Below, piece after piece: positions 8,730-17,784 of a stretch of 27,427 bases of DNA; within the stretch, counting starts at the first letter, position 1, and every line of letters starts with the position of its first letter. The notes beneath the pieces are model-generated. The model did not search any database and was not told the DNA's origin. It was given only the letters and a program-made list of their open reading frames with translations. The stretch spans positions 1 through 27,427 of IMG/VR virus record IMGVR_UViG_3300042475_004296; one strand, given 5' to 3'. Origin of the DNA: a virus (lineage: Duplodnaviria; Caudoviricetes). A program made the translations under genes and the position numbers.

Positions 8730-9515
8730 ATGGCATCTTATGCAAGTTATAAAAAAATATCAGGAACTGATGGTATTATAGATAATACTATTCCTGCTAC
8801 CGCTGTTGGCGGATCTGCATTTCAAACATGGTCTGTAAAGTGGATTTACGGATCACCTGTGATGTTATCTAGTGGTTGTTGCTGCCTTTGGACTGTTCCT
8901 TCTGGTGTTTATAAAGTATTTTTTGAACTATGGGGTTCTGGTGGTAACGGTCATGGTGCATGTTCTAATGGTAGATGTCAGCACTATGCTGGTGCCCAAG
9001 GAGGATATTATAATTCCAAAATGGTTAACGTATGTCCTGGTTGGACATATACCATCTGTGCTGGTGGCGTATTCCCTTGTTGCCAATTTGATTGTGTAGG
9101 ATGCACTGGATGTCCTAGTTATGTAACAGGATGTAATTTAAGCAATTTCTGTGCCGCTGGTGGTGTAGGCGGTTGTGCAAATGCAAGCTGGAATGAAGCT
9201 TGCTTCTCAGACTGGGGCAACTGTTGCATGGCACCTGGTGCATGGGGTGGTGATTTTGGTATGGGTAATCACAGAGGTGCTATGTTTATTCATGCTTCTC
9301 AATGCCATTGTCAATGTAAAGGTGCAACTCCAACACCAGCTCCATTCATTGGTACTCAAGTTCAACAAAACATTCATGAATGTTGGATTCGCTGTGGTTG
9401 TTGGACTGTTCCTTATGGTCATGGTGGACAAGGTGCTATGACTAACTATTGTGGTGGTCAGTGTGGTCAAGGTGGAACTGGTGGTCCAGGATTAGTTAAA
9501 ATTAGCTTCCTCTAA
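8730..9515 (+). CDS. Cys/Gly-rich protein, paralog 3 (26 Cys)
   Basis: Colinear with paralogs 1 and 2, and shares perfect DNA blocks with paralog 1. Confidence 0.85.
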   Translation: MASYASYKKISGTDGIIDNTIPATAVGGSAFQTWSVKWIYGSPVMLSSGCCCLWTVPSGVYKVFFELWGSGGNGHGACSNGRCQHYAGAQGGYYNSKMVNVCPGWTYTICAGGVFPCCQFDCVGCTGCPSYVTGCNLSNFCAAGGVGGCANASWNEACFSDWGNCCMAPGAWGGDFGMGNHRGAMFIHASQCHCQCKGATPTPAPFIGTQVQQNIHECWIRCGCWTVPYGHGGQGAMTNYCGGQCGQGGTGGPGLVKISFL

Positions 9516-9517
9516 AA

Positions 9518-9525
9518 TATAAATA
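9518..9525 (+). promoter_or_regulatory. T4-type late promoter (TATAAATA)
   Basis: Exact consensus just after the stop of paralog 3, upstream of the ATG at 9566. Confidence 0.8.
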
Positions 9526-9565
9526 AATATATCAACATATTCTGTCAATTCATAAAGATAAAGTC

Positions 9566-10261
9566 ATGGCACAAATTTCCGTAGAGTTTGATCTTCCACT
9601 ACCAAATCAATTTTTAATTGATCATTCATTTACCGAAGGTAAAACTCGTAAGTATACATATCATGGTCCAGATAAAGTTTATCTTCAAATTGGTGAAGAT
9701 GGTACTGAAAAGTATGGTCCTCTTACTGCAGAAGACATTGCTGATGGTAGACCTATGCCAGCAGATGTTGTTGAGTGGTTTGAAGTAGATTGTACAGAAA
9801 ATCCACTCGCATGTCAGTTAAGAGCACCAATTGTAAACGATCTTCAAGAAGATTATACTGGTGAAGAGTTTCATCCAGGATCTCCAGAGGTTGAAGGATA
9901 TGATAGATATTCATATCCAACACCATTAATGCCTGCAGACATTTTTGATAAATTAAATGTTAAAGTTGTTGACGGTAAAGTTGAAATTAGTGTATATTCG
10001 CCTCAACAAAAACTTCATGGAATTGAGAGAGATTTAACTTGGGATGATATCAGAAGTCACAGAGATATGATGTTAGGATTAAGTGATGGTCAAATTTCTA
10101 CAGACATGCCTGAGTCTCTTCAGCAAGAATGGAAAGAATATCGTCAAAAGTTGAGAGATCTTCCAGCAGTTATGGAAAATGCTGGTGTTGATCCAAATCT
10201 TGCATATTATATGTTCCCAGAACAACCATCATCTGCTAAAATTGCTGGTAGAGATATTTGA
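9566..10261 (+). CDS. Protein with a C-terminal phage tail (fibre) assembly chaperone-like domain
   Basis: WDDIRSHRDMMLGLSD...DMP...EWKEYRQKLRDLP...FPEQP matches the W-x2-IR-x2-R-x2-LL-x2-SD...W-x2-YRQ-x-LRDLP pattern of tail assembly chaperones. Confidence 0.75.
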   Translation: MAQISVEFDLPLPNQFLIDHSFTEGKTRKYTYHGPDKVYLQIGEDGTEKYGPLTAEDIADGRPMPADVVEWFEVDCTENPLACQLRAPIVNDLQEDYTGEEFHPGSPEVEGYDRYSYPTPLMPADIFDKLNVKVVDGKVEISVYSPQQKLHGIERDLTWDDIRSHRDMMLGLSDGQISTDMPESLQQEWKEYRQKLRDLPAVMENAGVDPNLAYYMFPEQPSSAKIAGRDI

Positions 10262-10271
10262 ATTTTAGTTT

Positions 10272-10808
10272 ATGGGTGAATATACATTATATAAATTTGA
10301 TTATATTAAAGAAAATCAAATAGAAATAATAAAAGAACTGAAGACATCTCAGGATAATTTAGTTAAATATGGAGTTTTCGATACTACGAAAGCTTATATT
10401 TACTATAATATCTTTGGGGTGTCTTCTCCGTCTAAACATATGTATAGAATTTATTCTAAGATTAGAGATATTGTCAGGGAAAAAATTCCAGATCAAATGA
10501 TTTGGATTCAATCTTGGTTAAATTATCAAAGTTACAATGAGGTTTTGCCTTGGCATAACCACACTTCAAGTTGGCATGGTTATATTTCTATTGAACCTCA
10601 AGATACTGTAACTGAATTTGAGAATTGGTCTATAGAGAATGAATGTGGAAACATTTATTTCGGTCTAGGTGGATATTTACATCGAGTTGTAAATAAATCT
10701 CAATACAAAGGAAAAAGAATTACAATAGGTTTTGACATTATATTGGAAGAGGATTATACTGGAATGGTATTACCAACAGAAAATTTTGGTGCAATTCCAT
10801 TACTATAA
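10272..10808 (+). CDS. Putative 2OG-Fe(II) oxygenase-like (cupin-fold) protein
   Basis: SWLN...LPWHNH...WHGYI...HRV...RITIGFDI, the H-x-H...H...R pattern of cyanophage oxygenases. Confidence 0.65.
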   Translation: MGEYTLYKFDYIKENQIEIIKELKTSQDNLVKYGVFDTTKAYIYYNIFGVSSPSKHMYRIYSKIRDIVREKIPDQMIWIQSWLNYQSYNEVLPWHNHTSSWHGYISIEPQDTVTEFENWSIENECGNIYFGLGGYLHRVVNKSQYKGKRITIGFDIILEEDYTGMVLPTENFGAIPLL

Positions 10809-11494
10809 TGTTTGAAGTAAATCCCGAATTGAAAGTAAAAATAGAAAAAGTAAGAGATATTACTTGGGAATCTCTTGATAATGGTGTGGTAAAATATAGT
10901 CCAAGTACTACTGAAAAAATGGTTTTTATAATTGATGATTTTTATAAAAACCCAGATGAAGTTAGAGAATATGCAATAAATTCAAAAACATATACTGATG
11001 AAGATCGTCTTGCTGGTGCAATAGGTAGACGAGTGTGGGAAGAAGATGCATCTATAATGATAAAATTGAGGGACAATTTAAGTCCAGTTTTTGAACAACT
11101 TGCTCAACATCCTAATTGGCACATTAAATATGACAAAGAACACTTTCATTCTAAATGGAATTGTATGAGATTTGTTGTTAATGTAACCAATAACAAAGAA
11201 ATAGTTGATTCTGGTAGAGATTGGGGAACTATATGTCATATTGATGGACCATGTAATAAGTGGGCATCTTTAATATTTTTGAATACTGATGATGAATGTG
11301 AGGGTGGAACTAGTTTTTACTCGGTAAGTCTTCCTAATGAAGATGGATCTACAAATTTACCAACATTTGAGTATACATGCAATATGAAATATAATAGATG
11401 TATTATGTACGATGCAAATCAAGTGCATGGTGCAATAATGGAACCACACATGTTTAAAACATGTGATCGGTTAACTCAAATAATGTTTTTTTAA
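10808..11494 (+). CDS. Putative 2OG-Fe(II) oxygenase-like protein (DUF6445-like)
   Basis: IIDDFYKNPDEVR, HID, LIFLN...GGTSFY, KYNRCIMY...HG, RLTQ. Start overlaps the upstream stop (TAATG). Confidence 0.7.
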   Translation: MFEVNPELKVKIEKVRDITWESLDNGVVKYSPSTTEKMVFIIDDFYKNPDEVREYAINSKTYTDEDRLAGAIGRRVWEEDASIMIKLRDNLSPVFEQLAQHPNWHIKYDKEHFHSKWNCMRFVVNVTNNKEIVDSGRDWGTICHIDGPCNKWASLIFLNTDDECEGGTSFYSVSLPNEDGSTNLPTFEYTCNMKYNRCIMYDANQVHGAIMEPHMFKTCDRLTQIMFF

Positions 11495-11497
11495 ACA

Positions 11498-11505
11498 TCT
11501 AAATA
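11498..11505 (+). promoter_or_regulatory. Possible late promoter variant (TCTAAATA)
   Basis: One mismatch to TATAAATA, in the gap upstream of the glycosyltransferase/carbamoyltransferase/halogenase run. Confidence 0.55.
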
Positions 11506-11561
11506 AGATTGAATCATGCTATAATTATAGCAATATTAAAGAAAATTGAGGTTGGTAGTAA

Positions 11562-12692
11562 ATGAGATCAAAGGCATTTTTTATTAATGGTGGAGCTGGA
11601 AGAGTAATTTGCTCCATCCCTGCATTCGAAAAATATGCAGAAACACACGATGATTTTATCATTATTTGTGAAGGAGGAACGGATTTTTATAAGGGACATC
11701 CTGTTCTTCACAAGCACGTTTTTGATAATTGGCATAAAGGGTTATTTGAAAGGGAAATTAAACATCGAGATTGTGTAACTCCAGAACCATATAGATTGTG
11801 GCATTATTACAATCAAAAATGTAACTTGGCACAAGCATTTGATATTATTATTAATGATTTAGAAGAACCAAGAGAGGTTTCTGATCCAACTATAGTTCTG
11901 AATAAAATGGAACTTCTTGCTGGATTTAATGCAGTTGAAGAAGTAAAAGCAGGAACTGGTAAAGATAAAGTATTAGTTGTGCAACCATTTGGTAGATCTG
12001 TAGAGCAAGTTGGTTCAGATTTTATTGCAGATCCAACATCTCGCAGTTTTTCCCTTAATAATATTGTAGAGATTATTAATGAACTGAAAAAGGATTATGC
12101 AATTATTATTATGAGTGAGATTCATTTTCCTTTAGAAGAAAATGAAGATAAATCAAAATATCGTGTTGCAAGACCTCAAATTACTGATATGAGAATGTGG
12201 TCAAGTATCATTAACGCTGCTGATCATTTCCTTGGATGTGATAGTATGGGGCAACATATCGCAAAAGCATTTGGTAAAACAGCAACTGTTGTTCTTGGAT
12301 CTACTTATCCTGAAAATATTTCTTATCCTAATTCGAAAGATTTTGATATTATTGATGCTGGTGTTGATCGGAGAAAGTATAGTCCTATTAGAATTTCTAT
12401 CGATGAAGAGATTGATAGGTATAATGATGAAGCAATGGAACTTGATAAACAAAAAATTCAAGAAGTCATTGGTTCAATCAAAAAAAGAATGGGTAAATCT
12501 GTAGCATATACGGGAAATTGGGCACCATCTACATCGGAACAATCTACATGTTGCCCTAAACCACAAAGTTCATCTTCCCCTGATATGAAAATGCCGACAA
12601 GTCCAGTATTAATGCCAAAAGAAAATAGAGGATTTGGTGGAAAAGAATCTTTAGATAAGGAAGTTAATAGCATTTTAAAAAAACTTAAGTGA
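11562..12692 (+). CDS. GT-B glycosyltransferase, GT9 (heptosyltransferase)-like
   Basis: N-terminal GGAGRVICSIPA (cf. G-x-GD-x3-S/T-x-P), VVQPFG, and IINAADHFLGCDSMGQHIAKAFGKTATVVLGST (cf. GT9 DSG-x2-HxAxA-x6-LFG). GAGGT RBS. Confidence 0.75.
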   Translation: MRSKAFFINGGAGRVICSIPAFEKYAETHDDFIIICEGGTDFYKGHPVLHKHVFDNWHKGLFEREIKHRDCVTPEPYRLWHYYNQKCNLAQAFDIIINDLEEPREVSDPTIVLNKMELLAGFNAVEEVKAGTGKDKVLVVQPFGRSVEQVGSDFIADPTSRSFSLNNIVEIINELKKDYAIIIMSEIHFPLEENEDKSKYRVARPQITDMRMWSSIINAADHFLGCDSMGQHIAKAFGKTATVVLGSTYPENISYPNSKDFDIIDAGVDRRKYSPIRISIDEEIDRYNDEAMELDKQKIQEVIGSIKKRMGKSVAYTGNWAPSTSEQSTCCPKPQSSSSPDMKMPTSPVLMPKENRGFGGKESLDKEVNSILKKLK

Positions 12693-12701
12693 GGTAATTA
12701 A

Positions 12702-14510
12702 ATGACACAATGGATTGCTGCTATTGCTAGAGGGCATAACTCTGGCGTTTGTTTACTTAAAGATGGTGAGATGGTTCTTTCTATTGAGGAAGAACGCTTA
12801 TCCAGGGCAAAATATGATGGTGGACCATTAGCTTCAATAGTTAAAATTCTTGAGTATACTGATAGACTTGATTATTTGGTAATTGCTCATACTCAACCTT
12901 TATCCGAATCTGGGAGAATTGACTTTTCTGGAGATGATTTTTATACAGGTACTGCTAGAAAACTTGGATTAATTGATAGAAATCAAGATAATTATAATCA
13001 CCCTCAAGTGATTGATTTGAGTCGCAATCATCATAAACTCCATGCCGCATGTGCTTTTTATCGCTCTGGATTTAAAAGTGCAGTGTCTTTGGTTGTAGAT
13101 GGTGCTGGAACTTTTATTCCAATGCAAATTGGAAGAAACCAAGAAATGACTTGGGAACTTGAATCGATTTTTAGTTGTGAATACCCAGCATTATTCAAAA
13201 CTCTTTATAAACATCAAGCTGGACGAGGACCGTGGGCATCAGTTAGGATTCCTGAAATGCCTAGTGAGTCTGAAGGAGAAGAAGGTACTCACGAATTAAT
13301 TCTTGATGAGAGTGCTGGAATCACAAAAGCATATGAAGCAGTAACTCAATATTGTGGTTGGCCTCCTATTGAAGCAGGTAAAACCATGGGATTATTTCCC
13401 TATGGAAAACCAAATGATAAAATTCCACCAATCTATACTGATGCTAATGGTGGTAGTTGGAAAACTTCCGATCGTAATGTAATTATTCCAACTTATCCAA
13501 ATGGGGCATTGGTTAATGAAGGTAGATATGAATTCCTTCAAACTCCAAATGAATTTGAAGATTTAACTCTTCTTGAGAATCGTCGTGATATGGCATATGC
13601 TATTCAGACGCAATCTCAGCAGATGGTTCTTGAACTAATTCGTAAAGCAGTTCAAATCTCTGGTAATAATAATGTTGTTATTTCTGGTGGATATGGTCTT
13701 AATTGTGTTGCCAATTACTGGTATCTTGAACAACTAAAGGATGAAGGAATTAATCTTTATGTTGAACCAGTAAGTAATGATGCTGGAACTGCTATCGGTG
13801 CTGCATTAATGTGGCATCATAAAATTAATAATGATGGTAATGTAAAACAAAAAATACAAGATCTTTATACTGGTCCTAGTTACATGTATAGTGAGCAAGA
13901 AATTAAATTAGTATCTGAAAAATATAATGCAACGGAAGTAACATCTGCATCTTATGAGGATGTTATTGATTTGATCATGGACAAGAATATTGTTGCACTA
14001 TTCCAAGGAAGATCTGAAGCAGGTCCTAGAGCACTTGGCAATCGCTCTATTCTTTATGATCCACGGGATCCTAAGGGTAAAGATCATGTTAATCGTATTA
14101 AACGTAGAGAATACTTTAGACCTTTCGCTGGATCTATCTTACAAGAGCATGTTCATGATTGGTTTGATCTTCGTGGTATGGATGATTCTCCATTTATGAT
14201 GTATGCCGTAAATTGTAGAGAAGGAATTGAAGAAAAAATTCCTGCAATTATTCATGTTGATGGGACATGTAGAATTCAGACTGTTACTCAAGAACAGAAC
14301 GAACATTATTATAATTTGATTAATACTTTCTATAAAAAAACTGGTTGTCCAATTATTTTTAACACATCATTTAACCTGGGTGGAGAACCTCTGGTAGAGA
14401 CTCTTGATGACGCTGTAAGAACTCTTGCCAATAGTTTAATTGAATATCTATATTTACCAGAATACGAAGTTTTAATTTATGTTAAAAATGCTGATGAAAC
14501 CACTTCGTAG
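12702..14510 (+). CDS. Carbamoyltransferase (NodU/CmcH/TobZ family)
   Basis: GHNSGV, EEERLSRAK, HHKLHA, VVDGAG, GKTMGL, SGGYGLNCVAN, DAGTAIGAA, EAGPRALGNRS, KRREYFRPFA, HVDGTCRIQTV, NTSFNLGGEP. Confidence 0.95.
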   Translation: MTQWIAAIARGHNSGVCLLKDGEMVLSIEEERLSRAKYDGGPLASIVKILEYTDRLDYLVIAHTQPLSESGRIDFSGDDFYTGTARKLGLIDRNQDNYNHPQVIDLSRNHHKLHAACAFYRSGFKSAVSLVVDGAGTFIPMQIGRNQEMTWELESIFSCEYPALFKTLYKHQAGRGPWASVRIPEMPSESEGEEGTHELILDESAGITKAYEAVTQYCGWPPIEAGKTMGLFPYGKPNDKIPPIYTDANGGSWKTSDRNVIIPTYPNGALVNEGRYEFLQTPNEFEDLTLLENRRDMAYAIQTQSQQMVLELIRKAVQISGNNNVVISGGYGLNCVANYWYLEQLKDEGINLYVEPVSNDAGTAIGAALMWHHKINNDGNVKQKIQDLYTGPSYMYSEQEIKLVSEKYNATEVTSASYEDVIDLIMDKNIVALFQGRSEAGPRALGNRSILYDPRDPKGKDHVNRIKRREYFRPFAGSILQEHVHDWFDLRGMDDSPFMMYAVNCREGIEEKIPAIIHVDGTCRIQTVTQEQNEHYYNLINTFYKKTGCPIIFNTSFNLGGEPLVETLDDAVRTLANSLIEYLYLPEYEVLIYVKNADETTS

Positions 14511-15978
14511 AATTGTAATAGTCGGAGGAGGAACTTCTGCATGGATGACAGCAGCATTCCTCTTAAAAAGAACTAGAAAATACTGTGAAATTGTTTTAAT
14601 TGATAAAGAATTTGGGCAAACCGTTGGTGTTGGTGAAGCAACTGTTTTAAGTTTTAAAACATTCATGGATGCTTGTGGATTCCCAATTGAATCGTGGTTT
14701 AATGAAATAGATGCTACTTTTAAATCTGGAATTTTATTTACTAATTGGCAAAGAGATGGGGAAGATATTTGGCATCCTTTTATTTTTCCACATTTTGAGG
14801 TTTTAAATACTAACTTGTTGAATATATGGACTAATAATAAAGACCTTGATTTTAAAACTTATGCAACTGCACTTTATCAATCATCAATTGATGATAATAA
14901 AGTTGACCCAAAAAATATAAGTGCATATGCATTTCATATTAATTGTGGTAAGTTGGTTGAGTTTATTCAAAATAAAATTATAAATGATATAACATTTGTT
15001 CAATCAGAAGTTGTTGATGTAGTTCGAGATGATTCTGATAATGTTCAACACCTTCTATTGAAGGATGGACAAAAAATAGAATCAGATTTATTTGTAGACT
15101 GTACTGGATTTAAAAGATTGATCGGTAGTAAACCAGATACTGTAAATCTTCGTGATAGATTATTTTGCGATACTGCAGTTGCTGGTCATATTCCATATGA
15201 TGATATTAATAGTGAATTGAGACCATATGTAATATGTGATGCTGTTGATCATGGATGGATTTGGAATATTCCAGTTCAATCAAGAATTGGATCTGGTTTA
15301 GTTTTTAATAGATCTCTTACAGATCCAGAAGAAGCAAAAGATTATTTTGTTGAGTATTGGGATAAAAAAGTTAAGAAAGAATCTTTAAAAGTGATTGATT
15401 GGACTCCTTATTATCATAATAATTTTTGGCAAAATAATGTAGTATGTATTGGATTATCTGCTGGATTTATTGAACCTTTGGAAAGTACTGGTGTTGCATT
15501 AATTTGTGCTGGGATAATATGCTTAGGGGAGGCGATTAAAGGATCATCTTATAATAGACAAGATATTCAATTGTACAATTCTAAAATGAAATGTATGTTT
15601 GAAAATTCTGTTGATTTTGTAAATATGCATTATTCCAGATCGCAAAAAAATGGTAGATTTTGGGATTGGGTTAAAGAGACACACGTAATGACAGAAACTC
15701 AAAAATATTACGAATTTGAGATTCAAAATAATCCATATGAAATACCTTCATATGGGGATTTTATGTTTATTGGACAAAATTGGTCTATGTGGTTATGTCA
15801 ATTAATGGATCATGAAAAAATTATTCCTAAAAATGATGGTTTGAAAAAAGAAGAATCTAGGCAGATCATTTTAGATTTTTATAAAAACGAATTAGAAAAA
15901 CATAAAAATTCAATTATTCATAAAGAATATGTTGATGAATTTAAGTTGAGGTGTTTAATAAAAAGAGGAGATGTATGA
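14494..15978 (+). CDS. Flavin-dependent halogenase (tryptophan halogenase family)
   Basis: IVIVGGGTSAW, VGVGEAT, catalytic-Lys region DATFKSGI, FVDCTGF, GWIWNIP (WxWxIP), FIEPLESTG. Start could be 14479, 14488 or 14494. Confidence 0.92.
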   Translation: MKPLRRIVIVGGGTSAWMTAAFLLKRTRKYCEIVLIDKEFGQTVGVGEATVLSFKTFMDACGFPIESWFNEIDATFKSGILFTNWQRDGEDIWHPFIFPHFEVLNTNLLNIWTNNKDLDFKTYATALYQSSIDDNKVDPKNISAYAFHINCGKLVEFIQNKIINDITFVQSEVVDVVRDDSDNVQHLLLKDGQKIESDLFVDCTGFKRLIGSKPDTVNLRDRLFCDTAVAGHIPYDDINSELRPYVICDAVDHGWIWNIPVQSRIGSGLVFNRSLTDPEEAKDYFVEYWDKKVKKESLKVIDWTPYYHNNFWQNNVVCIGLSAGFIEPLESTGVALICAGIICLGEAIKGSSYNRQDIQLYNSKMKCMFENSVDFVNMHYSRSQKNGRFWDWVKETHVMTETQKYYEFEIQNNPYEIPSYGDFMFIGQNWSMWLCQLMDHEKIIPKNDGLKKEESRQIILDFYKNELEKHKNSIIHKEYVDEFKLRCLIKRGDV

Positions 15979-16385
15979 CTAAAAAAGTATTTGTAAATGG
16001 AACATTTGATCTTCTACACAAAGGTCACCTTGAACTATTAAATTATGCAAAATCAATGGGTGATATTTTATATGTTGCCATTGACACTGATCAAAGAGTT
16101 AAGGAAAAGAAAGGTGAATCTAGACCAATTAATTCTCAAAATGATAGAGCTGAATTTTTAACTAATTTAAAATCAGTAGATTATGTTGTATTGTTTGGTA
16201 CAGATGATGAATTGGAATACTTGGTTAAAAGTATAGAACCTGATATAATGGTTGTAGGTTCTGATTGGATTGGTAAAACTGTTATTGGATCTGAACACGC
16301 AAAAGAATTAAAATTTTTTAATAGGTTAGATGGATACTCAACTACAAACACAATTGAACGTATTATTAATAGGGGAGAAGTGTGA
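15975..16385 (+). CDS. Sugar-phosphate nucleotidyltransferase, HldE/RfaE domain II (HldC)-like
   Basis: NGTFDLLHKGH (HxGH), KGESRPIN, GSDW, GYSTTNTIERI. ATG 15975 follows GAGGAG and overlaps the halogenase stop. Confidence 0.9.
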   Translation: MTKKVFVNGTFDLLHKGHLELLNYAKSMGDILYVAIDTDQRVKEKKGESRPINSQNDRAEFLTNLKSVDYVVLFGTDDELEYLVKSIEPDIMVVGSDWIGKTVIGSEHAKELKFFNRLDGYSTTNTIERIINRGEV

Positions 16386-17136
16386 GGATGAATATCTTTA
16401 TGGAGATGTAGAACGCATTAGTCCAGAAGCACCAGTTCCAATACTTAAATATACTCATACAGAGTATCATTCTGGAATGTCTTCTAATGTTAAAAATAAC
16501 TTAGAGACTTTTGGTATAAGTGTAGTTCATATAACCAATAAAGAAGTTATTAAAAAAACTAGAGTTGTTCATAATGGAACTAAGCAGCAACTTTTAAGAA
16601 TTGATAATGATGTAAAAGTATCTCCGATCAAACCCTCTGAGGTTCGGAGTGCTTTTTTGCATTTTTCTTATGATGCAGTTGTTGTATCTGATTATGATAA
16701 AGGACTTCTTACTACAGATGATCTTAAAGTAATTTGTCAAAACTTTAATGGTCCTGTTTTTATTGATACTAAAAAGACTGATTTGTTCACAGAAAAAAAT
16801 GTTCTCTTTAAGATAAATCAGAGAGAATATAATAACCTTGTAACTCCTCCAGACAAATCACATTTAATTGTGACTATGGGTAGTGAGGGTGTAAGTTATA
16901 TGGGATATAATTATCCTTCAGAGAAGGTAAATGTTTTTGATGTTGTTGGTGCTGGGGACACATTTTTAGCAGCGTTTGTTTATTCTTATTTGACATGTAA
17001 AGAGGATAGATTTAGAATGTCTAGTTCTATAAAGTATGCTAATAAAGCTGCTGCTATTGCTGTTCAGCATTTTGGTACTTATACATTAACGCAAGATGAT
17101 ATTAGGAGTTTAAATGATGGCAATATATTGTATTGA
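16330..17136 (+). CDS. PfkB-family heptose-7-phosphate kinase, HldE/RfaE domain I (HldA)-like
   Basis: RISPEAPVPI, KTRV...QQLLRID, SDYDKG, DVVGAGDTF, ANKAAAIAV. Confidence 0.9.
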   Translation: MDTQLQTQLNVLLIGEKCEDEYLYGDVERISPEAPVPILKYTHTEYHSGMSSNVKNNLETFGISVVHITNKEVIKKTRVVHNGTKQQLLRIDNDVKVSPIKPSEVRSAFLHFSYDAVVVSDYDKGLLTTDDLKVICQNFNGPVFIDTKKTDLFTEKNVLFKINQREYNNLVTPPDKSHLIVTMGSEGVSYMGYNYPSEKVNVFDVVGAGDTFLAAFVYSYLTCKEDRFRMSSSIKYANKAAAIAVQHFGTYTLTQDDIRSLNDGNILY

Positions 17137-17446
17137 TATTGATGGTACAATTTGTGAAAATGGTTCATGTAAAGTATGTGCATATGAAGGGAGTGTACCA
17201 CACTTAGAAAGAATTGAAAGAATTAATCAACTTTATGAAGAAGGAAATATAATAAAATACTTTACTGCTAGGGGAATGGGTAGATATAATGATGATGCAC
17301 AAAAAGCAAAAGATAAATTTTATAAATTAACCAAAATGCAATTAGAATTATGGGGATGTAAATACCATGAATTGATAATGGGTAAACCATCTGCGGATTA
17401 CTATATAGATGATAAAGCAATAAAAGACCATGACTTCTTTAATTGA
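17114..17446 (+). CDS. Small HAD-family phosphatase
   Basis: DIDGT (DxDGT), FTARG, GKP...YIDDKA. Confidence 0.85.
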   Translation: MMAIYCIDIDGTICENGSCKVCAYEGSVPHLERIERINQLYEEGNIIKYFTARGMGRYNDDAQKAKDKFYKLTKMQLELWGCKYHELIMGKPSADYYIDDKAIKDHDFFN

Positions 17447-17783
17447 ATTTGTTTCTAAAGGGTGGGGATTTGAGAAGTGGATTGTCAATGATGAGAAATA
17501 TTGTGGTAAACTTCTTTATTTTGTAAAAGGTAAGAAGTGTTCTTGGCATTACCATAAAATTAAAGATGAGACATTTTATGTTCAGTCTGGATGTTTAGTT
17601 TTACAATATGGATATGATGACGATATTAATCTTGCATCAAAAATGGTTTTAGAAAAAGGTCAAAAATTTCATGTTCCTGTTGGTCTTAGGCATAGAATGT
17701 ATGCCCTAGAGGATACAGAATTGTTCGAATTTTCTACTCAACATTTTGATGAAGATAGTTATAGGGTAATTAAAGGAGATTGA
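17430..17783 (+). CDS. Cupin-domain protein (mannose-6-phosphate-isomerase-like)
   Basis: KGWGFE, YCGKLL, SWHYHKIKDETFYV, HRM...EFST. Confidence 0.8.
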   Translation: MTSLIEFVSKGWGFEKWIVNDEKYCGKLLYFVKGKKCSWHYHKIKDETFYVQSGCLVLQYGYDDDINLASKMVLEKGQKFHVPVGLRHRMYALEDTELFEFSTQHFDEDSYRVIKGD

Positions 17784-17784
17784 T

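Noticed and set aside
7121-9515. Diversity-generating retroelement (template/variable repeat) explanation for the paralog similarity
   Set aside because: No reverse transcriptase in the window, all three copies are intact genes, and the differences are not adenine-specific.
7121-9515. Cys-rich genes as classical RiPP precursors or metallothioneins
   Set aside because: At ~260 aa with a glycine-rich domain framework they look like folded structural proteins. No LanM, YcaO, radical SAM enzyme, peptidase or transporter is in the window.
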